From positions 72,300 through 136,299 of the forward strand of contig SHWB01000002.1 of the NCBI GenBank assembly GCA_009691025.1: a stretch of DNA of 64,000 nt, written 5' to 3'. The notes beneath the pieces were generated by a model. The model was not told the origin of the DNA. It saw nothing but the letters and a program-made list of their open reading frames with translations, and did no database searches. Origin of the DNA: Alphaproteobacteria bacterium. Its GTDB lineage: Bacteria; Pseudomonadota; Alphaproteobacteria; UBA6615. Of the stretch, positions 1 through 11,686 are shown piece by piece. Made by a program: the position numbers and the translations under genes. How positions within the stretch are numbered: position 1 is the first letter of the stretch; every line of letters starts with the position of its first letter.

Positions 1-435
1 CACATTGGGGGTGACGATATCGGCGGCGGGCAGGGCCCGGCTGGCGACGAACTCGGCGACGGCCGCGTCGACGTATAGGCCGGCGTAATCGTCGCCGAGC
101 ACAGGGTCGCAGCACCACAGCGCCGCCGGATTGGCCTCGCGCACGCGCGCCACGGCGTCGAGCAGCACGGGGCCGAGGCCGGCATCGCCGAGATAGCCGG
201 TCAGCACGCCGCCCGTGGCGGCCAAGGCGCCGCGCCGCTCCAGCCCGTCGATCACCGCCGCGACATCGGCCGGGCCAAGGGTCGGGCCGCCACGGTCACC
301 ATAGCCGGCATGGTTCGACCACACCACCGTCGGCACCGCCAGCACCTCGAAGCCGAGGCGCTGCAGCGGCAGCGTAGCGGCGGAATTGCCGACATGCCCG
401 AAGGCGACGTGCGACTGGATCGAAAGGATGTTCAT
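1..435 (-). CDS. pdxY: pyridoxal/pyridoxamine kinase, N-terminal 145 codons (gene runs off the left edge)
   Basis: rc translation from ATG ending at 435: MNILSIQSHVAFGHVGNSAATLPLQRLGFEVLAVPTVVWSNHAGYG..., the PdxY/PdxK ribokinase-fold N-terminus. Missing from the ORF track only because it is edge-truncated. Confidence 0.8.
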   Translation of the reverse strand, partial: MNILSIQSHVAFGHVGNSAATLPLQRLGFEVLAVPTVVWSNHAGYGDRGGPTLGPADVAAVIDGLERRGALAATGGVLTGYLGDAGLGPVLLDAVARVREANPAALWCCDPVLGDDYAGLYVDAAVAEFVASRALPAADIVTPNV

Positions 436-514
436 GCCTTCCCCCGACGGCTTTCCGCGTCAGCATACCGGCTTATAGTCGCCGCTTGCCGTTCGCAAGC
501 CGGAGCCAGCTTCG

Positions 515-1387
515 ATGAAGACGATCATGCGGCCGCGCCGCAGCGTGTTGTTCGTGCCGGCCGCCAACGAGCGGGCGCTGGCCAAGGCGGTGACGCTGCC
601 GGTCGACGGCGTCATCCTCGACCTAGAAGATTCCGTGGCACCAGAGTCCAAGCCGGCGGCGCGCGTCCGCGCCGTCGCCACTATCGCCGCCGGCGACTTC
701 GGCTGGCGTGAACTGATCGTGCGCGCCAACGGGCTAGACACTCCGTGGGGAACGGCCGATCTCGCGACTCTGGCACGTGCCGGGGCCGATGCGGTGCTGC
801 TGCCGAAGGTCGGCAGCGCCGCCGCCGCGCGCGGTGCCATCGCCGTGCTTGAAGCTGCGGGCGCGCCGCGTGCGCTGCAGATTTGGTGCATGATCGAGAC
901 GGCGGCCGGCGTGATGGCGGCGGCGGAAATAGCGCGCGCCAATCCGCGCGTAACCTGCCTGGTGGTTGGAACCGAGGACCTCGGACGCGATCTAAACGCG
1001 CGCCCGACGCCAGACCGCGTGCCCTTTCTCGCCAGCCTGTCGCTGGTCGTGCTGGCCGCGCGTGCCGCCGGCATAGTGGCGCTCGACAGCGTCCATCTAG
1101 ATCTCGCCGATACGGCCGGCTTCGTCGCGGTCTGCAAACAGGGCCGCGACATGGGATTCGACGGCAAGACGCTGATCCACCCTTCGCAGATCGAGCCGGC
1201 CAATGCCGCCTTCGGGCCTGACGAGGCGGCCGTGGCGGAGGCCCGGTGCATCGTCGCCGCGCATGCCTCCGCTATCGCCGCCGGCAGCGGCGTCGCCGTG
1301 CTCGACGGGCGGCTGGTCGAGAACCTGCACGTCGCGACGGCGGAGCGCACTTTGGCGCTGGCGACGGCTATCGCTGCGCGCGCCTGA
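515..1387 (+). CDS. HpcH/HpaI aldolase / citrate lyase beta (CitE)-like protein, malyl-CoA lyase/thioesterase family
   Basis: 290-aa ORF. RSVLFVPA..ERALAKA..PVDGVILDLEDSV and GFDGKTLIHPSQI are CitE-family motifs. TGA stop. Confidence 0.8.
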   Translation: MKTIMRPRRSVLFVPAANERALAKAVTLPVDGVILDLEDSVAPESKPAARVRAVATIAAGDFGWRELIVRANGLDTPWGTADLATLARAGADAVLLPKVGSAAAARGAIAVLEAAGAPRALQIWCMIETAAGVMAAAEIARANPRVTCLVVGTEDLGRDLNARPTPDRVPFLASLSLVVLAARAAGIVALDSVHLDLADTAGFVAVCKQGRDMGFDGKTLIHPSQIEPANAAFGPDEAAVAEARCIVAAHASAIAAGSGVAVLDGRLVENLHVATAERTLALATAIAARA

Positions 1388-2444
1388 TCACGAGGTCTGT
1401 GGGGACGCTGAACGAAAGAAGGCGCCAGGGGCGCGGATTCGGGTCCGTCGCTCCTGACGCCCTCCCGATACGCTGGCGCGGCCGGGACCTGTCCCGTCCG
1501 ACCGGCGGCGCGCAGCACCCCTGGCCGGTGCGTCGCGCGCTGCCGGTCGGCAGACGTGCCGGGTGTGGACACGAGGTCCGCGCGGCACGGGGCCCAGCCC
1601 TGCGTGGCCCGGACCACGGGCGGGAAGAGACATCGCGGGCTGTCGGCCGGCGCGCCGGCCATGCCCTTGCGGGCGGTGCGGCGACCCCGGCGCGTCGGAA
1701 GCCCTGGCCGGCGAGAACTCCGGGACCCCGATCCGCCATGCCTGCCGCGCGGGCATCGCGCCTTGCGCGGCTCCGGTGCCGGAAACAGATGACGGCGCGC
1801 CGCTTGCGCGGGACTGCCGATGCCTGCCTCCGATGCCGTTCCACGCGCCGATGCGAGAAGGCGGCGCCGTGCGGACCTTCCCGCGAACCCGGCGTATCCC
1901 GTGCGCCGCGTGGCGCGGTTGCGAGACCGGCGTCACGCCGACGGGGACCGGCCATCCACCGCTCGTGCCCTGCGGCACCGGCCGTGGGCCGTATGCGGTG
2001 CCCGCCGCAGCGGACCGCGCGGGCACCTCGCGGCGCGCGCACGAACCGTTCGCGGACCGTCGCTCCCTTCTGCCATCGCGGCCCCGCGTGGCCTGGTTGG
2101 CGCCGTGGCGGCGGCGGTCGAAACCGCCGGTGCCACACCGGGCGAGACCCGCATTCACGCCTTCGCGAACGAGTCGAATGGTTGGCGCCGCGAGGTGGGG
2201 CGAGCAACCGGCGATTGCCCGGTGGGCGCATATTCCTGTGCACAATCCGCCGCTAAGGCCACAGTACTTCCACAGCTTATCCACACCGGGCGGGGTGCCG
2301 GTCGCGGCCGTTGGCCGGCGTTGACGGCGCGGCTTGGGCCGTCTACACAACGAAACGGGGCCACGGCGTCCATCCCGCGCGGATGGCGTGCCGCCAGGGT
2401 TTCGGAGCACGGCCAGGGAAGGGCAGTCGGGGACTCGAGCGATC

Positions 2445-2837
2445 ATGGCAGCCGACGAACGTCCGCTTTCGCCGCATCTGCAGGTCTATCGTCCGCAGCT
2501 CACATCGGTGCTGTCGATACTCCACCGCGCGACGGGCATGGCACTCGCCGCCGGCATGCTGTTGCTGGTCTGGTGGCTGGTCGCCGCCGCCGCCGGGCCG
2601 GAGGCTTTCGCCGCCGTGCAGTGGTTTAACGGCTCCATCCTTGGCCGCCTGCTGCTGCTCGGCTTCACCTGGGCACTCTGCTACCATTTGTGTAACGGGG
2701 TGCGTCACTTGTTCTGGGACGCCGGCTATGGCTTCGAGATTCCCGACGCCTACCGTAGCGGCTGGGGGGCCGTTGTGGCCTCGTCCGGGCTGACGTTGCT
2801 GGTGTGGATCGTCGGCTACGCCGTGCGGGGAGGCTGA
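2445..2837 (+). CDS. sdhC: succinate dehydrogenase cytochrome b556 subunit
   Basis: MAADERPLSPHLQVYRPQLTSVLSILHRATG..., three hydrophobic helices. Start taken at ATG 2445 inside ORF 2334..2837. First gene of the sdhCDAB order. Confidence 0.9.
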   Translation: MAADERPLSPHLQVYRPQLTSVLSILHRATGMALAAGMLLLVWWLVAAAAGPEAFAAVQWFNGSILGRLLLLGFTWALCYHLCNGVRHLFWDAGYGFEIPDAYRSGWGAVVASSGLTLLVWIVGYAVRGG

Positions 2838-2841
2838 GACG

Positions 2842-3228
2842 ATGAGCATCCGAACTCCGCTCGCCCGCTCCCGCGGGCTCGGTTCGGCGCGGTCCGGAAC
2901 GCATCACTGGTGGCTGCAGCGCATCACCGCTGTGGCGCTGATTCCGCTCGCCGTCTGGTTCGTCGTAGGCCTCGTCGTCATCGGCGGCGCCGATCACGCG
3001 ACGGCGATCGCCTGGGTCGGTCATCCGGTCGGCGCCGTGCTGCTGGTCCTCGCCGTCGCCTTCGGCTTCTGGCACGGCCAGCTCGGCCTGCAGGTGGTGA
3101 TCGAGGATTATGTCCATGGCGAGGGCTGCCGCATTGCGCTGCTGATCGTCATGAAGGGCGCGGCGCTGGTGCTGGCGCTGGCGGCTATCCTGTCGGTGCT
3201 GCGCGTGGCCCTCGGAGGGGCGGTATGA
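2842..3228 (+). CDS. sdhD: succinate dehydrogenase hydrophobic membrane anchor subunit
   Basis: 128 aa; [18 protein letters not shown] motif, three TM helices. Its stop overlaps the sdhA start (ATGA at 3225-3228). Confidence 0.9.
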   Translation: MSIRTPLARSRGLGSARSGTHHWWLQRITAVALIPLAVWFVVGLVVIGGADHATAIAWVGHPVGAVLLVLAVAFGFWHGQLGLQVVIEDYVHGEGCRIALLIVMKGAALVLALAAILSVLRVALGGAV

Positions 3229-5015
3229 GTACGAGCTACACGATCGTCGACCACAGCTACGACGTCGTCGTCGTCGGCGCCGGCGGCGCCGGATTGCGCG
3301 CGACCTTAGGCATGGCCCAGAAGGGCCTGCGCACGGCCTGCCTAACCAAGGTGTTCCCGACGCGCTCGCACACCGTCGCGGCGCAGGGCGGCATCTCCGC
3401 CTCGCTCGGCAACATGGGCAAGGACGACTGGCGCTGGCACATGTACGACACCGTCAAGGGCGCCGACTGGCTCGGCGACCAGGACGCCATCGAATACATG
3501 GTGCGCGAGGCGGTGCCCGCCGTGATCGAACTGGAGCACCAGGGCGTGCCGTTCAGCCGCACGGCCGCCGGCCAGATATACCAGCGCCCGTTCGGCGGCA
3601 TGACGACCGAGTATGGCGAGGGCCCGCCGGCGCACCGCACCGCCGCTGCCGCCGACCGCACCGGCCACGCCATCCTGCACACGCTCTACCAGCAGTCGTT
3701 GAAGCACAACGCCGAGTTCTTCATCGAGTACATCGCGCTCGACCTCATCATGGAGGACGGCGCCTGTCGCGGCGTCATGGCGTGGAACCTCGCCGACGGC
3801 ACGATGCACCGCTTCCGCGCGCACCAGACGGTGCTGGCCAGCGGCGGCTACGGCCGCGCCTATTTTTCCTGCACCGGCGCGCACACCCAGACCGGCGACG
3901 GCTCGGCGATGGCGGCTCGCGCCGGCGTGCCGCTCGAGGACATGGAATTCGTCCAGTTCCACCCGACCGGCATCTACGGCGCCGGCTGCCTTATCACCGA
4001 GGGTGTGCGCGGCGAGGGCGGCTACGCCACCAATTCCGAGGGCGAGCGCTTCATGGAGCGCTACGCGCCGCACGCCAAGGACCTCGCCTCGCGCGACGTC
4101 GTGGCGCGCTCGATGACCATCGAGATTCGCGAGGGGCGCGGTGTCGGGCCGCAGAAGGACCACATCCACCTGCACCTCGAGCATCTCGACCCGGCGGTCA
4201 TCCACCAGCGCCTGCCCGGCATCGCCGAGACGGCGCGCATCTTCGCCGGCGTCGACGTGACGCGCGAGCCAATCCCGGTGCTGCCGACCTGCCACTACAA
4301 CATGGGCGGCGTGCCAACCAACTGGCGCGGCCAGGTGATGACGAGGGTGGGCGACGACCCCGACGTGCCGGTGCGCGGCCTGATGGCCATCGGCGAGGCG
4401 GCCTGCGTGTCGGTGCATGGAGCCAACCGCCTCGGCTCCAACTCGCTGCTCGACCTAGTCGTGTTTGGCCGCGCCGCCGCCGAGCGCGCGGCCGAGATGG
4501 TGAAGCCCGGGCAGACCCACAAGCCGCTGGCGGCCAATGCCGGCGACACGGCGCTCGCCCGTTTCGACCGCCTGCGCAACGCCAGTGGCGGCACGAAGAC
4601 GGCGAAGCTGCGCCTCGACATGCAGCGCACCATGCAGGCGAACTGCGCCGTGTTCCGCACCGGAGAGGTTCTCCAGGAAGGCGCCGACCGGATGAAGCGG
4701 ATCTGGGGCGGCATGGAGGACCTGTCGGTAAGCGATCGCTCGCTGGTGTGGAATTCCGACCTCGTCGAGACCCTTGAACTCGAGAACCTGATGTACCAGG
4801 CGGTCGCGACTATCGATTCGGCCGTCAACCGCACCGAGAGCCGCGGCGCACACGCGCGCGAGGATTACCCGGACCGCGACGACGCCAACTGGATGAAGCA
4901 CTCGATCTGCTGGGTCGACGAGAAGGGACACACCCGCATCGACTACCGCCCGGTGCACCAGCAGCCGATGACCAACGAGGTCCAAAGCTTCCCGCCGAAG
5001 GCGAGGGTTTATTGA
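3225..5015 (+). CDS. sdhA: succinate dehydrogenase flavoprotein subunit
   Basis: [29 protein letters not shown] (FAD fold), [19 protein letters not shown]; 596 aa. The ORF-track start at 2910 is a GC-rich upstream artefact overlapping sdhD. Confidence 0.95.
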   Translation: MSTSYTIVDHSYDVVVVGAGGAGLRATLGMAQKGLRTACLTKVFPTRSHTVAAQGGISASLGNMGKDDWRWHMYDTVKGADWLGDQDAIEYMVREAVPAVIELEHQGVPFSRTAAGQIYQRPFGGMTTEYGEGPPAHRTAAAADRTGHAILHTLYQQSLKHNAEFFIEYIALDLIMEDGACRGVMAWNLADGTMHRFRAHQTVLASGGYGRAYFSCTGAHTQTGDGSAMAARAGVPLEDMEFVQFHPTGIYGAGCLITEGVRGEGGYATNSEGERFMERYAPHAKDLASRDVVARSMTIEIREGRGVGPQKDHIHLHLEHLDPAVIHQRLPGIAETARIFAGVDVTREPIPVLPTCHYNMGGVPTNWRGQVMTRVGDDPDVPVRGLMAIGEAACVSVHGANRLGSNSLLDLVVFGRAAAERAAEMVKPGQTHKPLAANAGDTALARFDRLRNASGGTKTAKLRLDMQRTMQANCAVFRTGEVLQEGADRMKRIWGGMEDLSVSDRSLVWNSDLVETLELENLMYQAVATIDSAVNRTESRGAHAREDYPDRDDANWMKHSICWVDEKGHTRIDYRPVHQQPMTNEVQSFPPKARVY

Positions 5016-5027
5016 GTTCGACGGCTC

Positions 5028-5315
5028 GTGGATGTCGGCCGCATCATATTCACCGGCCATGCCGTCCACCGCATGTTCGAGCGCGGCCTGTCGGTGGCGG
5101 ACGTACAATCCGTCATACGCTATGGCGAGATAATCGAGGACTATCCGGACGACATGCCCCATCCGATCCAGCTTCTCCTTGGCTATTGCGGCGGCCGGCC
5201 GGTGCATGTCGTTTTGGCGGCGGAAGCGGCGACACGGACAGGATGGGTAGTGACGGCGTACATTCCCTCTATTGCGATCTGGGAAGACTATTTTCGGACG
5301 CGGAGGTTGCGATGA
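5028..5315 (+). CDS. DUF4258-type putative toxin of a type II TA pair
   Basis: 95 aa from GTG 5028: IIFTGHAVHRMFERGLSVADVQSVIRYGEIIEDYPDD.PHP..LLLG....RPVHVV, the DUF4258 pattern. ATGA overlap with the next ORF. Confidence 0.7.
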   Translation: MDVGRIIFTGHAVHRMFERGLSVADVQSVIRYGEIIEDYPDDMPHPIQLLLGYCGGRPVHVVLAAEAATRTGWVVTAYIPSIAIWEDYFRTRRLR

Positions 5316-5536
5316 CGTGTGTGATATGCAAACTCGGCGAGACGGTGCCGGGGCTCGTGACGGTGACGCTGCAACGCGGCGAGACGACGGTGATCGTCAA
5401 GGGCGTGCCGGCGGACGTGTGCGCGAACTGCGGCGAGTATTATCTCGACGCCGCGACGACTGAGGACATCCTGGCGCGTGCCGAAGCCGCGGTCGGTCAT
5501 GGCGCCGAGGTCGAAATCCTGCGCTACGCCGCCTGA
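5312..5536 (+). CDS. YgiT/MqsA-type zinc-ribbon putative antitoxin
   Basis: 74 aa from ATG 5312: MTCVICKLGE....VTVTLQRGETTVIVKGVPADVCANCGEYYLD (CxxC ... CxxCGE). The longer track ORF 5012..5536 is an upstream extension. Confidence 0.7.
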   Translation: MTCVICKLGETVPGLVTVTLQRGETTVIVKGVPADVCANCGEYYLDAATTEDILARAEAAVGHGAEVEILRYAA

Positions 5537-5572
5537 CGGCGCTGCGGGGGCAGGAAAAGAAGGGCGTTCGCG

Positions 5573-6352
5573 ATGGCCGAGTTCAATTTGCCGAAGAATT
5601 CGAAGGTCAGGCCCGGCAGGACATGGCCGGCGCCGGCTGTGGTGAAGAACCCGAAGACCTTCCTCGTTTATCGCTGGTCGCCGGAGGGCGGCGAGAATCC
5701 GCGCCTCGACACCTACACGATCGATCGCGACGATTGCCCGCCGATGGTCCTCGACGCGCTGATCAAGATCAAGAACGAGATCGACCCGACGCTCACCTTT
5801 CGCCGCTCCTGCCGCGAGGGCGTGTGCGGTTCCTGCGCGATGAACATCGACGGCACCAACACGTTGGCCTGCACCAAATACATCGACGAGGTGAAGGGCG
5901 AAGTGCGCATCTACCCGCTGCCGCACCAGCCGGTGATCAAGGACCTGGTGCCGGACCAGACGCATTTCTTCGCCCAGTACCGGCAGATCGAGCCTTGGCT
6001 CAAGGCCGACACTCTGGCTCCGGAGCGTGAGCGCCTGCAGTCGCCGGAGGACCGGGCGAAGCTCGACGGGCTCTACGAGTGCATACTGTGTGCCTGCTGC
6101 TCGACCTCGTGCCCGAGCTACTGGTGGAACAGTGACCGCTATCTTGGCCCGGCCATCCTGCTGCAGGCCTATCGCTGGCTGATAGACAGCCGCGACGAGG
6201 CGACCGGCGAACGGCTCGACCAGATCGAGGACCCATTTCGTCTCTATCGCTGCCACACCATCATGAACTGTACGCGTACCTGCCCGAAGAGCCTGAACCC
6301 GGCGAAAGCCATAGCCGAGATCAAGCGCATGATGGTGGCCCGCCAGGTGTGA
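5573..6352 (+). CDS. sdhB: succinate dehydrogenase iron-sulfur subunit
   Basis: 259 aa; [32 protein letters not shown] and [13 protein letters not shown] are the three Fe-S cluster motifs. Confidence 0.95.
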   Translation: MAEFNLPKNSKVRPGRTWPAPAVVKNPKTFLVYRWSPEGGENPRLDTYTIDRDDCPPMVLDALIKIKNEIDPTLTFRRSCREGVCGSCAMNIDGTNTLACTKYIDEVKGEVRIYPLPHQPVIKDLVPDQTHFFAQYRQIEPWLKADTLAPERERLQSPEDRAKLDGLYECILCACCSTSCPSYWWNSDRYLGPAILLQAYRWLIDSRDEATGERLDQIEDPFRLYRCHTIMNCTRTCPKSLNPAKAIAEIKRMMVARQV

Positions 6353-6361
6353 TCTGAGGGG

Positions 6362-7213
6362 TTATCTCGCCTGCGCCCGCGCGACGGCGCGCAGGCCGTC
6401 CAGCGCCGTGCCGATGACCTCGTCGTTGCTGTCGGTGCCGCGCACGATCCAGGCGGCGCGGCGGAAGGACGGCGCAGTCTCCTCGACGGCGATGCGGCCG
6501 GCGGCGATCAGCGGTTCGAGGATGCGGCGCGGGAAATAGCCCGAGCCGCCGCGGTCGAGTACGCATTGCAGGCCGAGCGCTCCCAGCTCGACGGCGACCG
6601 AGGGCGCCGCCGCCTCGGGCCAGGCCTCGCCATGGGCAGCGAGGAAGTCCGGCCCCCAGTCGACGAAGACATATCCGGGATTGCCAGGCCCGGCCTCGCC
6701 GACGCCGGCGCGGGCCAGCACCAGCTCGTCGTCGAACAGATGCTCGACGGTGAATCCGGGGCGCGTCTGCGGCGCGTAGAGGATACCGATGCCGACCAGC
6801 CCCTGGGCCAACCGGTGCATCACTTCGTGGGCGCTGCCGACCTCGATGCGCACGGCGATGTCCGGCGCGGAATCCTGCATCCAGGCGAGGAAGGCCGGCA
6901 GCATGCGGTCCCACAGGCTGACCTGGCCGGCCACGGCCACGGCGCCGCGCGCGTTCTGCGGCAGCGCCAGTTCCTGGCGCGCCTGTTCCCACAGCCGGGT
7001 TATGTTGGAGGCGTAGGCGAGGAAGCGCCGCCCTGCCGATGTCAGGCGGGCGCCGGCGCGGCCGCGGTCGAACAGCGACTGGCCGACCTCCAGTTCCAGC
7101 GAGCGGATGCGGGCGCTGACGGTCGACTGGGTGATGTTGAGGCGCGCCGCCGCGGCAAGGAAGCTGCCGGTCTCGGCAATGGCCAGAAACGTGCGCGCAT
7201 GGGCGATATCCAT
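6362..7213 (-). CDS. LysR-family transcriptional regulator
   Basis: 283 aa; N-terminal HTH MDIAHARTFLAIAETGSFLAAAARLNITQSTVSARIRSLE, LysR substrate-binding C-terminal part. TAA stop. Confidence 0.85.
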   Translation of the reverse strand: MDIAHARTFLAIAETGSFLAAAARLNITQSTVSARIRSLELEVGQSLFDRGRAGARLTSAGRRFLAYASNITRLWEQARQELALPQNARGAVAVAGQVSLWDRMLPAFLAWMQDSAPDIAVRIEVGSAHEVMHRLAQGLVGIGILYAPQTRPGFTVEHLFDDELVLARAGVGEAGPGNPGYVFVDWGPDFLAAHGEAWPEAAAPSVAVELGALGLQCVLDRGGSGYFPRRILEPLIAAGRIAVEETAPSFRRAAWIVRGTDSNDEVIGTALDGLRAVARAQAR

Positions 7214-7263
7214 GGGTTAATATCGCATAACACGATTATATTGGCCGAATAAATTCGCTATTA

Positions 7264-7280
7264 GGAATACTCGGTATTCC
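7264..7280. promoter_or_regulatory. perfect palindrome GGAATAC-TCG-GTATTCC in the AT-rich LysR upstream region (candidate LTTR box)
   Basis: Read directly at 7264-7280, 51 nt upstream of the LysR start, inside the only AT-rich stretch (7214-7330) of this neighbourhood. Confidence 0.35.
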
Positions 7281-7425
7281 CCATATAGAAAATGTCGGTC
7301 TTACCTATCGCCCCTAACGACGGGTAGGACTCGATGGTCGAAATAGCCCGGCAGTGCCCCAGGGCAAGGTCAGGCGAAGCCGGCGGCAATGCGTGCGCCC
7401 CCCGTACGCGCTCGCCGGCCCCCCA

Positions 7426-7465
7426 GAAGAAGGCCGCCCGTGCCGCCCGCCGGGCGGCCTTCTTC
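7426..7465 (-). terminator. 15-bp perfect stem hairpin downstream of the 7483..7839 gene
   Basis: GAAGAAGGCCGCCCG (7426-7440), 10-nt loop, CGGGCGGCCTTCTTC (7451-7465). It lies 18 nt beyond the stop of the minus-strand membrane gene. No clear T-tract. Confidence 0.5.
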
Positions 7466-7482
7466 GATTCCCGCGGATGGGC

Positions 7483-7839
7483 CTACTTCTCGCGCCGCAA
7501 GGGCGGCGGTGGCCCGCGCCGGTTGCCCGGCTTCGGCCCGCCTTTGTCGCCACCGCCGCGATGGCGCAGGACGCGCCAGGCCAGTGCATGGATCGCTAGC
7601 GTCAGCGCCAGCACGGCCAGGACGCGCAGCACCGTCGCGATCGCCAGCCCCTCGGGATCGAGCAGCGACCAGCGGCCCAGCGCGACGGCGAACAATTGCA
7701 GTGCCAGGGCCCAGAGTGGCGCGAAACGGAGGACGAGGCCGTAGCTGCGCGCTCCGACGCCGATCAGCAGGCAGCCGATCAGCGTCACCGGCTCGGCGAC
7801 GAGGCTCAGCGCTAGGGTGACGAGATCGCCCGCGATCAT
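7483..7839 (-). CDS. small hydrophobic membrane protein, unknown function
   Basis: Start chosen at internal ATG (MIAGDLVTLALSLVAEPVTLIGCLLIGV...). 3-4 predicted TM helices and a basic Gly/Pro-rich tail. No family recognised. Confidence 0.45.
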   Translation of the reverse strand: MIAGDLVTLALSLVAEPVTLIGCLLIGVGARSYGLVLRFAPLWALALQLFAVALGRWSLLDPEGLAIATVLRVLAVLALTLAIHALAWRVLRHRGGGDKGGPKPGNRRGPPPPLRREK

Positions 7840-7921
7840 GGCCGGCCGTCGATGGCGCCAGTGGCAACATGGTAAGCGGGACGGGCCACGGAGGACACTC
7901 CTGTTGCGGCGACGGAGAGAC

Positions 7922-8686
7922 TCAGACGACGACGGTGGCGCCACCGTCGACGGTGATGGTCTGGCCGGTCATCCAGGCGGCGGCCGGCGAGGCGAGGAAC
8001 ACGGCGGCGCCGGCGATATCCCCCGGCTCTCCCAGACGGCGGAGCGGCGTGCGCTTGAGGCGCGGCTCGACGTAACTCGGATCTTCCCACAGGGCGCGCG
8101 CGAAATCGGTCTTCACGAGTCCGGGGGCGATACAGTTGACGCGGATGTTGTCGGGGCCGAGTTCGACGGCAAGGTTGCGCGCGACCTGCCGCACCGCTGC
8201 CTTCGAGACGGCATAGGCTCCGATGACATCGGTACCGAAGGCTCCGCCGATCGACGACATCAGGATGATGGTGCCGTCGCGCCGCGCCTTCATCTCCTCG
8301 GCCACCATCTGCACCAGCCATATATTGGCGAGTATATTGGCGTTCATCAACTTCTCAAACGTCGCGTCTGGCATGGCCAGAGACGGGCCGTAGTAGGGAT
8401 TGACGGCGGCGTTGCAGACAACGATGTCGACCCGGCCGAAGGCCTTGCGCGTGCCGGCGACCAGCGTCTCCAGCTCGGCCTTGCGCGAGGCGTTGGCCGG
8501 GATGGCGACGACCTCGCCGCGGGCCGCCAGTTCGGCGCGCGTCGCCTCGCAGCGGCCGGCGTCGCGCGACGTGATCACCACCTTCGCGCCATGGTCTGCG
8601 TAGGCGGTCGCGATGGCCTTACCGATGCCCTTGGTAGAACCGGTGACGATGGCGACCTTTCCCGACAGGTCGAACAGATTTGACAT
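7922..8686 (-). CDS. SDR-family oxidoreductase
   Basis: 254 aa from ATG at 8686: MSNLFDLSGKVAIVTGSTKGIGKAIA (TGxxxGIG), catalytic YAVSKAAV. The 671-aa track ORF is an antisense extension over the neighbouring gene. Confidence 0.85.
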   Translation of the reverse strand: MSNLFDLSGKVAIVTGSTKGIGKAIATAYADHGAKVVITSRDAGRCEATRAELAARGEVVAIPANASRKAELETLVAGTRKAFGRVDIVVCNAAVNPYYGPSLAMPDATFEKLMNANILANIWLVQMVAEEMKARRDGTIILMSSIGGAFGTDVIGAYAVSKAAVRQVARNLAVELGPDNIRVNCIAPGLVKTDFARALWEDPSYVEPRLKRTPLRRLGEPGDIAGAAVFLASPAAAWMTGQTITVDGGATVVV

Positions 8687-8773
8687 GGAGCACTCCCCAT
8701 TGCGCGGGCCCGCGCCTAAGCTGCCGCAGTCTAGCCCGCGCAACGCCGGCTGGACGAGGGCCGGAGGAAGACG

Positions 8774-10000
<1,227 letters not shown>

Positions 10001-11338
10001 CGAGCGGGGTCACAGCAGGCGCCGTCATCGCCACATAGCGTTCGAGTTCGCCCAGACGGGCGCGCACGCCGTTGGTGATCGGCGTGGCAATGGCATCGGG
10101 GAAATCGGCGGGAAGGTCCGCCAGCGTCGTCGCCAACGCGCGCGGGGCGTCCTGAAGCAGGTCTTGGAGGATTCGCCGCACGGTTGCCGCGGGCATCCGG
10201 CAATCCATGCCGCTCTCGACGAAGTGGCGCGGCGAGAGCGTGCCCAGGACGTAGTGTCGGCTGTGCCCCACGGCCATCGCCAGTTTCGCCTGGTTGCGAC
10301 GGATTCTCCCGGCGTCGAGATGGGGTTGCGACGACATGACATCGTATAGCGGCGTCAGCCGGAACCGCCCCGCCGCGTGCAGAGCGAGGCTGAAGTTTTT
10401 GGCGTGGACGTCCGCCGCGGCGAGCAGCCAGAAGACGACATGGGACTTGAGGAAATTAGCGCGGTCGAGGACGGGGTCGTCGCTGCCGCCCAGCAGGTCG
10501 ACGATGGCGGTGAGGCCCGGCCCGCCATCGGTTTCGTACTTGCGTGTTGGTGGCACACCGAGGGCCTGGCAGCAATCCTCCTGCGGCCGCCGCAGCAGCC
10601 TTCCGTCGCGTGCGTGCAGGCGGTCGAATCTTTCGACGACGAGTGCGCGCTGGCCGGCGAAGTCGACGATGTCCGCGCGCGCCGTCGGCAGGCCTAAAGC
10701 CGCGCAGAGGCGCAGGCAGAGGTATTCGTTCTCGACGCTGCGCGACATGTCGACGCCGTTGCGCAGGCGGCCGATCTGGGGTTTCAGGATGTGCGTCGTC
10801 GCGGTGGTGCCGTGCGGTATGCGCCAGCGGTCCTGCCAGAGCAGTAGCGCGGTTTTCTCCTGCGCTCCCGCTATGGCGATGCGGAACTCCGGGTCGTCGC
10901 CCATGCCAAGCGGCGCGCGTGCGAGGCTGGCGAGCTTGCGCGCGATTTCGGCATCGTCAATGTCCCGCCCGGCAATGGCTCCGGCTGGTCCTGGATCCAG
11001 TCCGTCAGGCAGGAATTGCAGCGCGCCGACACAGTCGCGGCCGATGGCGGCGAGCAACGAAAAGGCATCATCGCTAGCTGCCCCGGCGCGCTCCGCCATC
11101 TGGCGCCTGATCGCCTCGTTGTCGGGCAGAAGATTGTCGAAGACGGCAAGGACGGGGGCGCCGCTGTAACGCCTTCCGCGCAGAGGCAACGACAGCGATA
11201 CGGGAAGCGCGTGCGGCCAGTCGAGCCACGTTGCGTCGTACTGGAAATCGATGGCGCCGCTGGCATGGCGTTGCAGTCGACCTACGGGACGGCTGTTCAG
11301 GAATACGCCGAGCGGAGGGGTGGTCGTCCGGCGAACCA

Positions 11339-11590
11339 TCAGAACAGGGTCTCGATTTCGTTGGGCGCGGCCTTGCTGCGGGGGCGCACGACGAGTTCGA
11401 GGTCGAGCGCCGCAAGCAAATCGAACAGCGTACTGAGGCGCGTCCCGGCTTCGCCGGCCTCGACGCTGGAAATCGTCGCCTGGCGCCGCCGAACGGTCTG
11501 TGCGAGGGCGGGCTGCGTCAGCGCCCGGTCGGCTCGGCGCCTCTGGAGGGCCGCACCAAGCTGCCGAGGGGTTCGCACGATCTGTTCCAC
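11339..11590 (-). CDS. hipB: HipB-like XRE-family HTH antitoxin
   Basis: IVRTPRQLGAALQRRRADRALTQPALAQTV..RQATISSVEAGE...LSTLFDLLAALDLELVV. Start set at GTG (11588-11590) preceded by GGAG. The upstream part of track ORF 11339..11731 is AT-rich promoter sequence. Confidence 0.7.
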   Translation of the reverse strand: MEQIVRTPRQLGAALQRRRADRALTQPALAQTVRRRQATISSVEAGEAGTRLSTLFDLLAALDLELVVRPRSKAAPNEIETLF

Positions 11591-11615
11591 GGCGCGCTCC
11601 GCTTGCCGCAGAGAA

Positions 11616-11686
11616 ATACGCCAAAGCGTATGTTGAGTCAATATCGGCTTAGGCGTATATAAGAGATATATACGATAAATCGTATA
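11616..11686 (-). promoter_or_regulatory. candidate hipBA operator: two ATACG-N6-CGTAT palindromes
   Basis: ATACGCCAAAGCGTAT at 11616-11631 and TATACGATAAATCGTATA at 11669-11686, same half-site and spacing, in the AT-rich stretch immediately upstream of hipB. Confidence 0.5.

Noticed and set aside
5012-5536. Single 174-aa protein spanning the sdhA-sdhB spacer.
   Set aside because: Only the last 74 residues form the YgiT zinc-ribbon unit. The upstream part is out of frame with, and overlaps, the well-formed DUF4258 ORF. The ATGA-coupled two-gene solution is the standard TA layout.
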